Shown here one piece after another: positions 1 to 7,703 of a DNA stretch of 64,000 nucleotides. The DNA is taken from the NCBI GenBank assembly GCA_046331285.1, contig JAXLRD010000013.1:18700-82699 (forward strand), read 5' to 3'. The stretch comes from Vicinamibacteria bacterium. Lineage in GTDB: Bacteria; Acidobacteriota; Vicinamibacteria; Fen-336. The position numbers were made by a program, and so were the translations under genes. The notes beneath the pieces are model-generated. The model was not told the origin of the DNA. It saw nothing but the letters and a program-made list of their open reading frames with translations, and did no database searches. Each line of letters starts with the position of its first letter. The stretch's first letter is position 1.

Positions 1-467
1 GTTCCCCGTCGAGAACGTGGGCCGAGGAGCCCCACCTCAGCGAGGACGAGATCGAGGCGCTGTCGATCCGAAGAGGGACGCTGACCGACCGCGAGCGGCG
101 GGAGATCGAGAGCCACGTCTCCCACACCTACGAGTTCCTCCGGCAGATCCCCTGGACCGGCGAGTTCTCCCGCATCCCCGAGATCGCCTGGGCCCACCAC
201 GAGAAGCTCGACGGCACCGGCTACCCGCGCGGCATCAGGGCCGCCGAGATTCCGGTCCAGTCGAAGATGATGACGATCTCCGACATCTACGACGCCCTGC
301 GCGCGGTCGACCGACCGTACAAGAAGGCCGTGCCCCCGGAGCGGGCCATCGACATCCTCCAGAAGGACGTCCAGGCCGGCCGGCTCGACGGCGAGCTCCT
401 GCGCGTGTTCGTCGAGGCGAAGATCTACGAGCTGCCGAAGTTCATGGCCCTCCTGCGGAAACAGTGA
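1..467 (+). CDS. HD-GYP domain phosphohydrolase (probable c-di-GMP phosphodiesterase), C-terminal part; 5' end lies outside the window
   Basis: Frame 3 is open from nt 3 and reads ...RREIESHVSHTYEFL...AWAHHEKLDGTGYPRGI...ISDIYDAL, which is the HHExxDGxGYP signature. Stop TGA at 465-467. Track ORF 267-467 covers only its last 66 codons. Confidence 0.85.
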   Translation, partial: SPSRTWAEEPHLSEDEIEALSIRRGTLTDRERREIESHVSHTYEFLRQIPWTGEFSRIPEIAWAHHEKLDGTGYPRGIRAAEIPVQSKMMTISDIYDALRAVDRPYKKAVPPERAIDILQKDVQAGRLDGELLRVFVEAKIYELPKFMALLRKQ

Positions 468-1225
468 ACGTGCCGGTCCCCCTCGTCATCGCCCACCGGG
501 GCGACTCCGCCCACCGGCCCGAGAACACGCTCGCGTCGTTCGCGAGCGCCCTCGAGCTCGGGGCGACCGTGATCGAGCTCGACGTGCAGCTGACCGCCGA
601 CGACCAGGTCGTGGTCATCCACGACGCGACGCTCGACCGGACGACCGACGCCCACGGCGACGTGCGCGGCTGCACCCTGGCCGGGCTGCGCGAGGTGTCG
701 GCCGGCTACCCGAGCCGTTTCGGCGACCGCTATGCCGGCGAGCGCATCTCGACCCTCGCCGAGGTGCTCGCCTTCCTCCGCGACCGCGCGCGAGTGCTGG
801 TCGAGATCAAGACCGAGTCGGTGTCGGCCGACGCCGAGGGCGGGATCGAGGCGCGGACGGCCGCCGAGATCCGGCGCGCGGGGATGGTCGGCGCCGCCGC
901 CGTCATCTCCTTCGACCAGCGCGCCATCGTGAGGATGCGCTCGATCGCCCCCGAGATCACGCGTGGCCGCGTGTACGGCCACACGAGCGCCGACGAGGTC
1001 CTCGCGACGGCGGCCGAGGCCGGCTGCGAGATCGTGATGCCGCACAAGAGCCAGATCCAGGAGCCGCTCGTGACGCGGGCCCGCGAGGCGGGCCTCAAGC
1101 TCGCGACGTGGGTCGTCGACGAGCCCGAGGAGCTGCGGGCCCTCGCCCGCTTCGGGCTCTACGGCGTCGGATCGAACCGCCCGGGCGTCCTGCTCGAGGC
1201 GCTCGCGGACGGCCTCCTCGGCTGA
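464..1225 (+). CDS. glycerophosphodiester phosphodiesterase (GDPD family)
   Basis: GTG at 464 overlaps the upstream stop (GTGA). VPLVIAHRGDSAHRPENT...IELDVQLTADDQVVVIHD is a typical GDPD N-terminus. The first 149 codons of track ORF 17-1225 are Arg/Pro-rich out-of-frame read-through of the HD-GYP gene. Confidence 0.85.
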   Translation: MNVPVPLVIAHRGDSAHRPENTLASFASALELGATVIELDVQLTADDQVVVIHDATLDRTTDAHGDVRGCTLAGLREVSAGYPSRFGDRYAGERISTLAEVLAFLRDRARVLVEIKTESVSADAEGGIEARTAAEIRRAGMVGAAAVISFDQRAIVRMRSIAPEITRGRVYGHTSADEVLATAAEAGCEIVMPHKSQIQEPLVTRAREAGLKLATWVVDEPEELRALARFGLYGVGSNRPGVLLEALADGLLG

Positions 1226-1235
1226 GGCCTCGCCT

Positions 1236-2243
1236 CTAGGCGAGGTCGTCCGTCGACTTCGCCCGCCGCGCGCCACGGGAGGCGAAGCGCTTGAAGGCGG
1301 CGTCGGCCTGGTCCGTGAAGTCGACGACTCCGGGCACGACGACGGCGGACGTGCAGTCCTCGAGGAGGACGACCCGGCGCGCGAGGGCGGGGTCCCGGCA
1401 GACGGCCTCGTCGAGGAGGTCGTCGACGGTCCACTCGACGCAGTGGCTCTTGGCCTCGCCGGCGACGAGGATGCGGTCGAACGACAGCAGGTGGTCGAGG
1501 AGGGCCTTGTTCGGCCTCTCGACGGCGCGCCCGGAGGCGTCGGTGCCGACCTCGGGGCGCAGCACGGAGTAGTTCTCCGTCAGGGGGTTGCGGCCCTTGA
1601 TCTCGATCCGCGTCGGCGACTGGCGGGCGATCGCGTGGAAGAAGACCGCCTCCTCGACCGCCGAGACGAGCGCGTGGCCGATCCCGCCGACCATCGAGTG
1701 GTACGGCCAGACGACGAGGGGGAACTTCCCGCGGTCGGCCAGCCGCCGCACGTAGTGCAGCGCCCACTCCGCGACGTCGAATCCGGGCGCGAGGCCGACG
1801 CCCGGGGCGATCGCCGGGTTCACGCGCCACCTTTCGGCCTCGACGTCGGCCACCGTGATCACGGTGTGCGGCGCGGGGTGCCGCCCCGATGCGTCGAGCC
1901 AGAAGAGCGGGTGGAAGATCTGGGCCGCGGTGTGGGTGTCGAGGGTGACGACGACCTGCGTCACCGCGCCGAGGTTCCGGTAGAGGAACGAGGCGATCCG
2001 CGCGGTGTCTTCGAGCGCGCCGCGGCCGGACCGCCCGCCGACGTAGAGCTCGAACTCCGGCAGGCAGAACGTGTTCTGCACGTCGACGAGGAGGAGGACG
2101 GTGCGGAGGCGGTCCTCCGCCGCCGGACGGAGGCGGTGGGTGGCCGCCCACTCGCGCGCGTCGGCCGCGCGCTCGGCGTACGGCACGCGGTAGACCCGCG
2201 CCTCGGCGTCGGGGGCCGCGAACGGCGGGAGCGGAAGGCTCAC
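1236..2243 (-). CDS. isochorismatase-family cysteine hydrolase (nicotinamidase-like), 335 aa
   Basis: C-terminal 335 codons of track ORF 1236-3269. Motifs LLLVDVQNTF and VAGEAKSHCV (catalytic Cys context). GTG start at 2243, 2 nt after the DUF1015 stop. The upstream part of the ORF is low-complexity Arg/Pro. Confidence 0.75.
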   Translation of the reverse strand: MSLPLPPFAAPDAEARVYRVPYAERAADAREWAATHRLRPAAEDRLRTVLLLVDVQNTFCLPEFELYVGGRSGRGALEDTARIASFLYRNLGAVTQVVVTLDTHTAAQIFHPLFWLDASGRHPAPHTVITVADVEAERWRVNPAIAPGVGLAPGFDVAEWALHYVRRLADRGKFPLVVWPYHSMVGGIGHALVSAVEEAVFFHAIARQSPTRIEIKGRNPLTENYSVLRPEVGTDASGRAVERPNKALLDHLLSFDRILVAGEAKSHCVEWTVDDLLDEAVCRDPALARRVVLLEDCTSAVVVPGVVDFTDQADAAFKRFASRGARRAKSTDDLA

Positions 2244-2245
2244 CG

Positions 2246-3472
2246 CTACACGGCCAGCGGGTGGATGACGAGGCCGGAGGGCAGCTTCGGGTGGAAGAAG
2301 GTGCTCTTGGCCGGCATCGACTCGCTCGCGTCGGCGACGTCGACGATCTGGCGGACCGGGGTCGAGCGCATCAGCGCGGCGAGCCGGCAGCGCCCGTGCG
2401 CGATCGCCTCCTCGGCCTCGGCCTCCGAGTGCACGTACTCCACGGCGGACGGCGGGATCCCGAGGATCGGCCCGAGGACGGCCTGGTGCAGGAAGAAGGT
2501 GTCGAGGGCGCGCAGGCACGGGGCCGCGTCGGGCGGCAGCAGCTCGCCCGCGGCGGCGTCGGCCTCGACGAGCACCGCCGCGCCGCCCGGCTCGGCGAGG
2601 GCGAAGGCCCAGGCCGCCTTCGAGGCGCCGACCGAGGCCGCGGCCGAGGCGACGCTCTCGCGCGGCGACACGCGGAAGCGCCCCTTCAGCTTCGCGGCGG
2701 CCTCGGCGACGCTCGGGCCCTGCGAGAGGACGCGGTGGTACGGGAGCACGAGGAGGCCGGGCGCGTCGATTGGCGTGAAGTAGCCGAGCGTCCACGCGCC
2801 CTCGGGGCCGTTCGCGTCCCGGTAGCGCAGGGCCGTCGCGTGGCGGTGGTGGCCGTCGGCGATGTAGGCCGGCGCGTCGGCGAGGAGCGACTGGAACCGG
2901 GCCACGAGCGCGGGGTCGGCGAGCCGCCACATCCGGTGGCCGACGCCGCCGTCGTCGGTGTACTGGGCCACCGGCCGCGCGCTCATCGCCCCGAGAGCGA
3001 GGTCGGTGAAGCGCGACGCCGGGTCGGGGAACATGAGGAAGATCGGGCTGAAGTTGGCCTTGGTGGCGTTCAGCACGCGCCAGCGGTCCTCCTTCGCCGC
3101 CGCGCGCGTGTGCTCGTGGGGCAGGATCACGCGCTTCTCCGGGTCCTCGGCCCGGAAGCGGGCGAGGAGCCCGAACCGCCGCAGCGTTCGTCCCGGAGCG
3201 GCGAAGCCCTGCTCGAGCAGATAGAGCGCGGGCTCCTTCTCCCGCTCGAGGACCCCCTCGCCGAGCCACTGCGAGTAGGTCGCGCCGGCCTCGGCGTAGC
3301 CCTCGTCCCCCGGCCGGCGGTTCAGGACCACGCGCACGATGTTGTGCGGGTCGCGCGCGTAGAGCTCGTCCTGGTAGGCGGGCGGAATGACGTCGTACGG
3401 CGGCGCCAGGACGCGCGCGAGGTCCGCGTCCGCGCGGTAGCGCACGCCGTGAAAGGGCTGGATCTCGGCCAA
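2246..3472 (-). CDS. DUF1015 family protein, 408 aa
   Basis: Begins LAEIQPFHGVRY...LAPPYDVIP...YIADGHHRH, the conserved DUF1015 pattern. TTG at 3472 is preceded by GGAGGAG. The rest of track ORF 2246-4411 is antisense junk over the next gene. Confidence 0.8.
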   Translation of the reverse strand: MAEIQPFHGVRYRADADLARVLAPPYDVIPPAYQDELYARDPHNIVRVVLNRRPGDEGYAEAGATYSQWLGEGVLEREKEPALYLLEQGFAAPGRTLRRFGLLARFRAEDPEKRVILPHEHTRAAAKEDRWRVLNATKANFSPIFLMFPDPASRFTDLALGAMSARPVAQYTDDGGVGHRMWRLADPALVARFQSLLADAPAYIADGHHRHATALRYRDANGPEGAWTLGYFTPIDAPGLLVLPYHRVLSQGPSVAEAAAKLKGRFRVSPRESVASAAASVGASKAAWAFALAEPGGAAVLVEADAAAGELLPPDAAPCLRALDTFFLHQAVLGPILGIPPSAVEYVHSEAEAEEAIAHGRCRLAALMRSTPVRQIVDVADASESMPAKSTFFHPKLPSGLVIHPLAV

Positions 3473-3493
3473 GTCTCTCCTCCGGGGGAAGCC

Positions 3494-3499
3494 TATAAT
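3494..3499 (+). promoter_or_regulatory. candidate sigma70 -10 box TATAAT in the divergent DUF1015/isomerase intergenic region
   Basis: AT island gccTATAATccc in an otherwise GC-rich spacer, 24 nt upstream of ATG 3524, with AGGAGG at 3513-3518. Its complement ATTATA could also serve the minus-strand gene. Confidence 0.45.
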
Positions 3500-3523
3500 C
3501 CCACTACACCTCAGGAGGCGCCA

Positions 3524-4465
3524 ATGCCCCTCGATCGCCGCTCGTTCCTGTCGACCCTCGGAGCCTCGATCGCCGCGCCGGCCGTCCTGCGCGCGCAGGG
3601 CTCGAAGAAGCGCTACCCGATCGCGTTCTCGACCCTCGGCTGCCCGGCGTGGAGCTGGTCGAAGATCGTGGAGACCGCCGACACGCTCGGCTACGCGGCC
3701 CTCGAGCTGCGCGGCGTCGCGGGCGAGATGGACCTCACGAAGGTCCCCGAGCTGACCGGGACGCAGCAGGCGGAAACGAAGAAGATGCTGGCCGCGCACG
3801 GCCTCGTCGTGTCCGACCTCGGCGCTTCGTCGAACATGCACGTGAAGGAGCCGGCCACCCGCGCGAAGCAGCTCGACGAGGGGCGGCGCTTCATCGACCT
3901 CGCCCACGAGCTCGGCGTGAAGTACGTGCGCATGTTCGGGAACAACATCCCGAAGGACGAGCCGCGCGAGGACGTGATGAAGCGCGTCGTCGAGGGCTTC
4001 CAGGCGATGACGGCGCACGCGAAGCCGGCCGGCGTGACGGTGCTGATCGAGTCGCACGGCGACTTCACGCACTCGAAGGACCTCGTCGAGATCCTGACCC
4101 GCGTGAACGATCCCGCGTTCGCCCTCCTCTGGGACGCGCACCACTCGTTCGTGGCCGGCGGCGAGCGTCCGGCCGAAAGCTACGCCGCGCTCGGGAAGTG
4201 GATGCGCCACACCCACCTCAAGGACTCGAAGCCGGCGGGCCCCGACGCCAAGCCGGAGGACCGCCGCTACGTCCTCCTCGGCACGGGCGAGGTCCCCGTG
4301 AAGGAGCAGGTGGCCGTGCTCGCGAAGAACGGCTACAAGGGCTTCTACTGCTTCGAGTGGGAGAAGAAGTGGCACCCCGAGATCGAGGAGCCGGAGATCG
4401 CGTTCCCGCACTACGCGAAGACGATGGCCGAGTACCTGTCGGCCGCCGGCGTGAAGCCGGCCTGA
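3524..4465 (+). CDS. sugar phosphate isomerase/epimerase (xylose isomerase-like TIM barrel) with Tat signal
   Basis: MPLDRRSFLSTLGASIAAPAVLRA carries a twin-arginine leader. The TIM-barrel body has ELRG...YVRMFGN...LIESHGDF...HLKD. SD AGGAGG lies 6 nt upstream. Confidence 0.85.
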   Translation: MPLDRRSFLSTLGASIAAPAVLRAQGSKKRYPIAFSTLGCPAWSWSKIVETADTLGYAALELRGVAGEMDLTKVPELTGTQQAETKKMLAAHGLVVSDLGASSNMHVKEPATRAKQLDEGRRFIDLAHELGVKYVRMFGNNIPKDEPREDVMKRVVEGFQAMTAHAKPAGVTVLIESHGDFTHSKDLVEILTRVNDPAFALLWDAHHSFVAGGERPAESYAALGKWMRHTHLKDSKPAGPDAKPEDRRYVLLGTGEVPVKEQVAVLAKNGYKGFYCFEWEKKWHPEIEEPEIAFPHYAKTMAEYLSAAGVKPA

Positions 4466-4548
4466 CGGCCGGGGTCAGATCTTGAATCTTGAATTCGCGG
4501 CGGAGCGTGGGCCCTCGCCCCACCCCTCGCCGAGTCCAGGGAGGGCCG

Positions 4549-5532
4549 ATGTCCGAGAAGAACCCCGTCAGCCGCCGCGAGTTCCTCGAGCGGAGCGGCC
4601 TCGTGGCCGGCGCCGCGGCGGCGCTGCCGGCGCTCCCGCGCGCGCTGCCGGCGGCGGCCGACGCCGCGGCCGGCCCGATGCCCCACCGCATCCTCGGCCG
4701 CACCGGCGCGTCCGTCTCCATACTCGCGATGGGCTGCGGCAGCCGCTTCCTGATGTACCCCGAGGAGCAGGCGTCCTCCGTCGTCGAGAAGGCGCTCGCC
4801 CTCGGCATCAACTACCTCGACACCGCGGTCGGCTACGGCGACGGCGAGAGCGAGAAGCGCCTCGGCCGCGTGATGGCCGCGCGCCGGAAGGACGTGTTCC
4901 TCGCCACGAAGGTCCCCGAGCGCGCCCGCACCCGCGACCTCGCGCTCCGGGAGGTCGAGGCGAGCCTCAAGCGCCTGCAGACCGACCACGTCGACCTCCT
5001 GCACGTCCACAGCGTGGGCCGCGAGGAGGACCTCGCGAAGATCGAGGCGAGGGACGGCGTCATGAAGGCGCTCTACGAGCTGCGCGAGCAGAAGGTGGCG
5101 CGCTTCATCGGCATGACGAGCCACACGGACGGCGCGGTCATGGCGAAGGCGATCGCCGACAACGATGTCGACTGCGTCCAGCTCGCGATGAACCCGGCGC
5201 GGGTGAACGAGTTCGAGCAGCAGGCCCTGCCCGCGGCGAAGAAGAAGAACCTCGGCGTCATCCTGATGAAGGTCACCGGCCAGGAGAAGCTGCTGATCGA
5301 GGGCGGCCCCGACGTCGCCTCCCTCCTGCGCTACGCCTGGAGCCTGCCGATCTCGACCGCCGTGTGCGGCATGCCGAAGCTCGAGCACCTCGAGGCGAAC
5401 GTGGCGACCGCGCGCGCCTTCCGCGAGCCGCTGCCCGCGGTCGAAGTCGAGAAGATGCGGGAGAAGCTCGCCGGGCGGAAGTTCGTCCTGCAGGAGTTCT
5501 TCGCGGACCACCGGGACACGGGGCTCGCCTAG
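4549..5532 (+). CDS. aldo/keto reductase with Tat signal
   Basis: MSEKNPVSRREFLERSGLVAGAAAALPAL (RRxFL leader) followed by the AKR core ILGRTG...GINYLDTAVGYGDGESE...VDLLHVH. ATG chosen at codon 21 of track ORF 4489-5532, after GGAGGG. Confidence 0.85.
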   Translation: MSEKNPVSRREFLERSGLVAGAAAALPALPRALPAAADAAAGPMPHRILGRTGASVSILAMGCGSRFLMYPEEQASSVVEKALALGINYLDTAVGYGDGESEKRLGRVMAARRKDVFLATKVPERARTRDLALREVEASLKRLQTDHVDLLHVHSVGREEDLAKIEARDGVMKALYELREQKVARFIGMTSHTDGAVMAKAIADNDVDCVQLAMNPARVNEFEQQALPAAKKKNLGVILMKVTGQEKLLIEGGPDVASLLRYAWSLPISTAVCGMPKLEHLEANVATARAFREPLPAVEVEKMREKLAGRKFVLQEFFADHRDTGLA

Positions 5533-5563
5533 CCCGGCCGCCCGACCGGCGCGGGGCTTCCGG

Positions 5564-6937
5564 CTACTTCGGCAGCCCCCGCCGGCGCCCGCCGCCGCCC
5601 TTCCGGCCTCCGCCGCGGCTCCCGCGCTTCCCGCCGCCGCCCGGCCACACGAACCCGAGCGCGAGCGCGACCGCGGCGACGCCCAGCTCCCACGGCTCGA
5701 GCCAGACGCCCCGCACCGCCCCCCGCGACAGGGCGTACGCGCCGACGGCGGCGAGGGCGAGGGCCGGGAGAAGAGCGAGCAGCACGGCCCACCACCGCCG
5801 GGTGAAGGGCAGGAGCGCGAGCGGCAGCAGGAACACCCACAGCGCCGGCACCGGATGGCGCCACAAGAGCAGCCCGACGAGCCCGACGTGGACGACGCGC
5901 ACCGCGATCGCGGCGCCGCCCGCCTTCGCCGCGGCGCGCAGGCCGGGCAGGAGGGCGAGCCCGCCGATCACGAGCAGCCACACGCCGTCGACCACGGCGC
6001 CGAAGGCGGCGAGCCAGCGGGGCTCCTCGGCGGGGCCGGGCGGCGCCTGCGCGAGCGCCCGGGCGACGCCGACCACCGCGCGGCCCATGCGCTCGAGCGC
6101 GGCGGGGTCGAGCTTGTCGGCCGTGTCGGAGGCCTTGTGGTAGTCGGGGTAGAAGGCCGAGAAGGACGAGTCGGAGGCGAAGAGGGCCGGTCGGCCGGCA
6201 CGCAGGAGCGAGACGTCGTCGCCGTAGAGGCGCACCCGGAACGTGCGCGCGGCGGCCTGGACCAGGACGCCGACGTACGGGTCCATGACCCCGAGCGGCG
6301 AACCCGCGTCCCGCGCGCCGCCGAGGGCCCTCCGCACGAGCCAGCCGGGAGCGACGACCGCCCGCCCCGTCTCGCGCAGGTCCGCGTACGGGATCGGGTG
6401 CACGACGGGGGTTCCGCCCTTCCACCCCGACATCTCGACGACGAAGGCGGCGACCAGCGCCCGCGCGCGGGGGCCGAGCCGCTCGACGAACGCCTGCGAG
6501 CCGACGGCCTCGTCGCGGGCACCTCCCTCGGCCTCCTCCCCGTCGAACGACGCGAACACGATCGTCCGCGGCCGCGCCTCCTCGGCCGCCAGCACTCGCG
6601 CGGCCTCGAGCAGGACGCCCACTCCCCCGCCGTCGTCGTAGGCACCCGGCGCCGCCGGCGCGGTGTCGTGGTGAGCCGCGACGAGGACGAAGTCGTCGCC
6701 CGGCCCCCGCAGGGTGCCGACCACGTTCGCCCCCGACCGGCCGCCGCGGGTGAACGGCTGGAGCTCGACGTCGAGGCCCGCGGCCCGCATCTCGGCCGCG
6801 ACGTACTGCGCCGCCGCCGCGTTGCGCGTCGACCCCCACGGGTGCGGGCCGAGCGCGGCGAGGGCCGAGGCGTGGCGCAGGGCGGCCGCGCCGTCGAACG
6901 CGGTGGCGGAGAGGAGGAGCGCGGCGACGAGCGTCAT
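5564..6937 (-). CDS. M28 family metallopeptidase with C-terminal multi-TM region and Gly/Arg-rich tail
   Basis: Signal-like N-terminus. VAAHHDTAP...YDDGGGVGVLLEAARVL...FASFDGEE are the M28 zinc-ligand motifs. Several hydrophobic helices follow, ending in GGGGKRGSRGGGRKGGGGRRRGLPK. Confidence 0.85.
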   Translation of the reverse strand: MTLVAALLLSATAFDGAAALRHASALAALGPHPWGSTRNAAAAQYVAAEMRAAGLDVELQPFTRGGRSGANVVGTLRGPGDDFVLVAAHHDTAPAAPGAYDDGGGVGVLLEAARVLAAEEARPRTIVFASFDGEEAEGGARDEAVGSQAFVERLGPRARALVAAFVVEMSGWKGGTPVVHPIPYADLRETGRAVVAPGWLVRRALGGARDAGSPLGVMDPYVGVLVQAAARTFRVRLYGDDVSLLRAGRPALFASDSSFSAFYPDYHKASDTADKLDPAALERMGRAVVGVARALAQAPPGPAEEPRWLAAFGAVVDGVWLLVIGGLALLPGLRAAAKAGGAAIAVRVVHVGLVGLLLWRHPVPALWVFLLPLALLPFTRRWWAVLLALLPALALAAVGAYALSRGAVRGVWLEPWELGVAAVALALGFVWPGGGGKRGSRGGGRKGGGGRRRGLPK

Positions 6938-6947
6938 GGGCGCGGGG

Positions 6948-6953
6948 ATTATA
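6948..6953 (-). promoter_or_regulatory. candidate -10 box TATAAT (minus strand) 10 nt upstream of the M28 ATG; the overlapping TATAGT on the plus strand faces the cupredoxin gene
   Basis: Plus strand reads ggGATTATAGTcgg. No purine-rich SD lies between the box and ATG 6937. Confidence 0.4.
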
Positions 6954-7024
6954 GTCGGCGCCGGCTGGCCGCTCGCGCGCGGCGTTTGCTAGACTCGCGG
7001 TTCCCCCTGAGTGGAGAGCGAGCG

Positions 7025-7684
7025 ATGCGCGCAGCACGGGCGGTGGCGGCGACGGTCCTTCTCCTGGCCGCGGTGGACGCCGGCGCCGGGACGGTGCGCG
7101 GCCGGGTCGCCGTGGTCGACAAGGACGGCCGGCCGGCGAGCGACGCGGCGGAGGCCGTCGTGTGGATCGACGGCCCGAAGGTGCGGCCGCGGCCCGCCGG
7201 CGCGAAGATCGTGATGAAGGGCAAGGCCTTCGCCCCGCGGATCGTCGTCGTCCCCGTCGGCAGCAGCGTCGAGTTCCCGAACGACGACCCGGTCTTCCAC
7301 AACGTCTTCTCGGTCTCGGGCGAGAACCGCTTCGACCTCGACCTCTACAAGCGGCCGAAGAGCGGCGTCGCGCGGTTCGAGAGGCCGGGGCTCGTGCGGG
7401 TCTACTGCAACATCCACCCCCAGATGAGCGCGTTCGTGCTGGTGCGCGACAACCCGTTCTGGGCGCGCCCGGCCGCCGACGGCAGCTTCGCGATCGACGA
7501 CGTGCCGGCCGGCGACTGGGTCGTGAGGGCGTGGCACGAGCGCGCGGGCGACGGCCAGAAGCCCGTCGCGGTGCCGGCCGAAGGCGCCGTCGAGGCGAAC
7601 GTCCCTCTCGACGCGTCGAAGTGGAAGCGGGCGCCGCACAAGAACAAGTTCGGCAAGGACTACGAGACGGGCGAGAAGTACTGA
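7025..7684 (+). CDS. secreted cupredoxin-like protein with an amicyanin-type copper site
   Basis: Signal peptide MRAARAVAATVLLLAAVDAGAG. FPNDDPVFHNVFS and VYCNIHPQMSAFV give the H...C-x2-H-x2-M ligand spacing seen in amicyanin. A carboxypeptidase-regulatory-like C-terminal half follows. Confidence 0.75.
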   Translation: MRAARAVAATVLLLAAVDAGAGTVRGRVAVVDKDGRPASDAAEAVVWIDGPKVRPRPAGAKIVMKGKAFAPRIVVVPVGSSVEFPNDDPVFHNVFSVSGENRFDLDLYKRPKSGVARFERPGLVRVYCNIHPQMSAFVLVRDNPFWARPAADGSFAIDDVPAGDWVVRAWHERAGDGQKPVAVPAEGAVEANVPLDASKWKRAPHKNKFGKDYETGEKY

Positions 7685-7703
7685 GGGAGGAGACGAAGCC
7701 CCG

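Noticed and set aside
17-1225. Single 402-aa protein as listed in the track
   Set aside because: The first 149 codons are an out-of-frame reading of the HD-GYP gene (Arg/Pro-rich). The real GDPD gene starts at GTG 464, overlapping the HD-GYP stop.
4471-4500. AT-rich 20-mer AGATCTTGAATCTTGAATTC (BglII and EcoRI sites, tandem ATCTTGA x2) suggesting a vector polylinker or regulatory repeat
   Set aside because: It is too short and is embedded between two native genes with normal flanks. It has no adjacent -10 partner at proper spacing. It is probably chance or a weak promoter element, and I cannot support a function.
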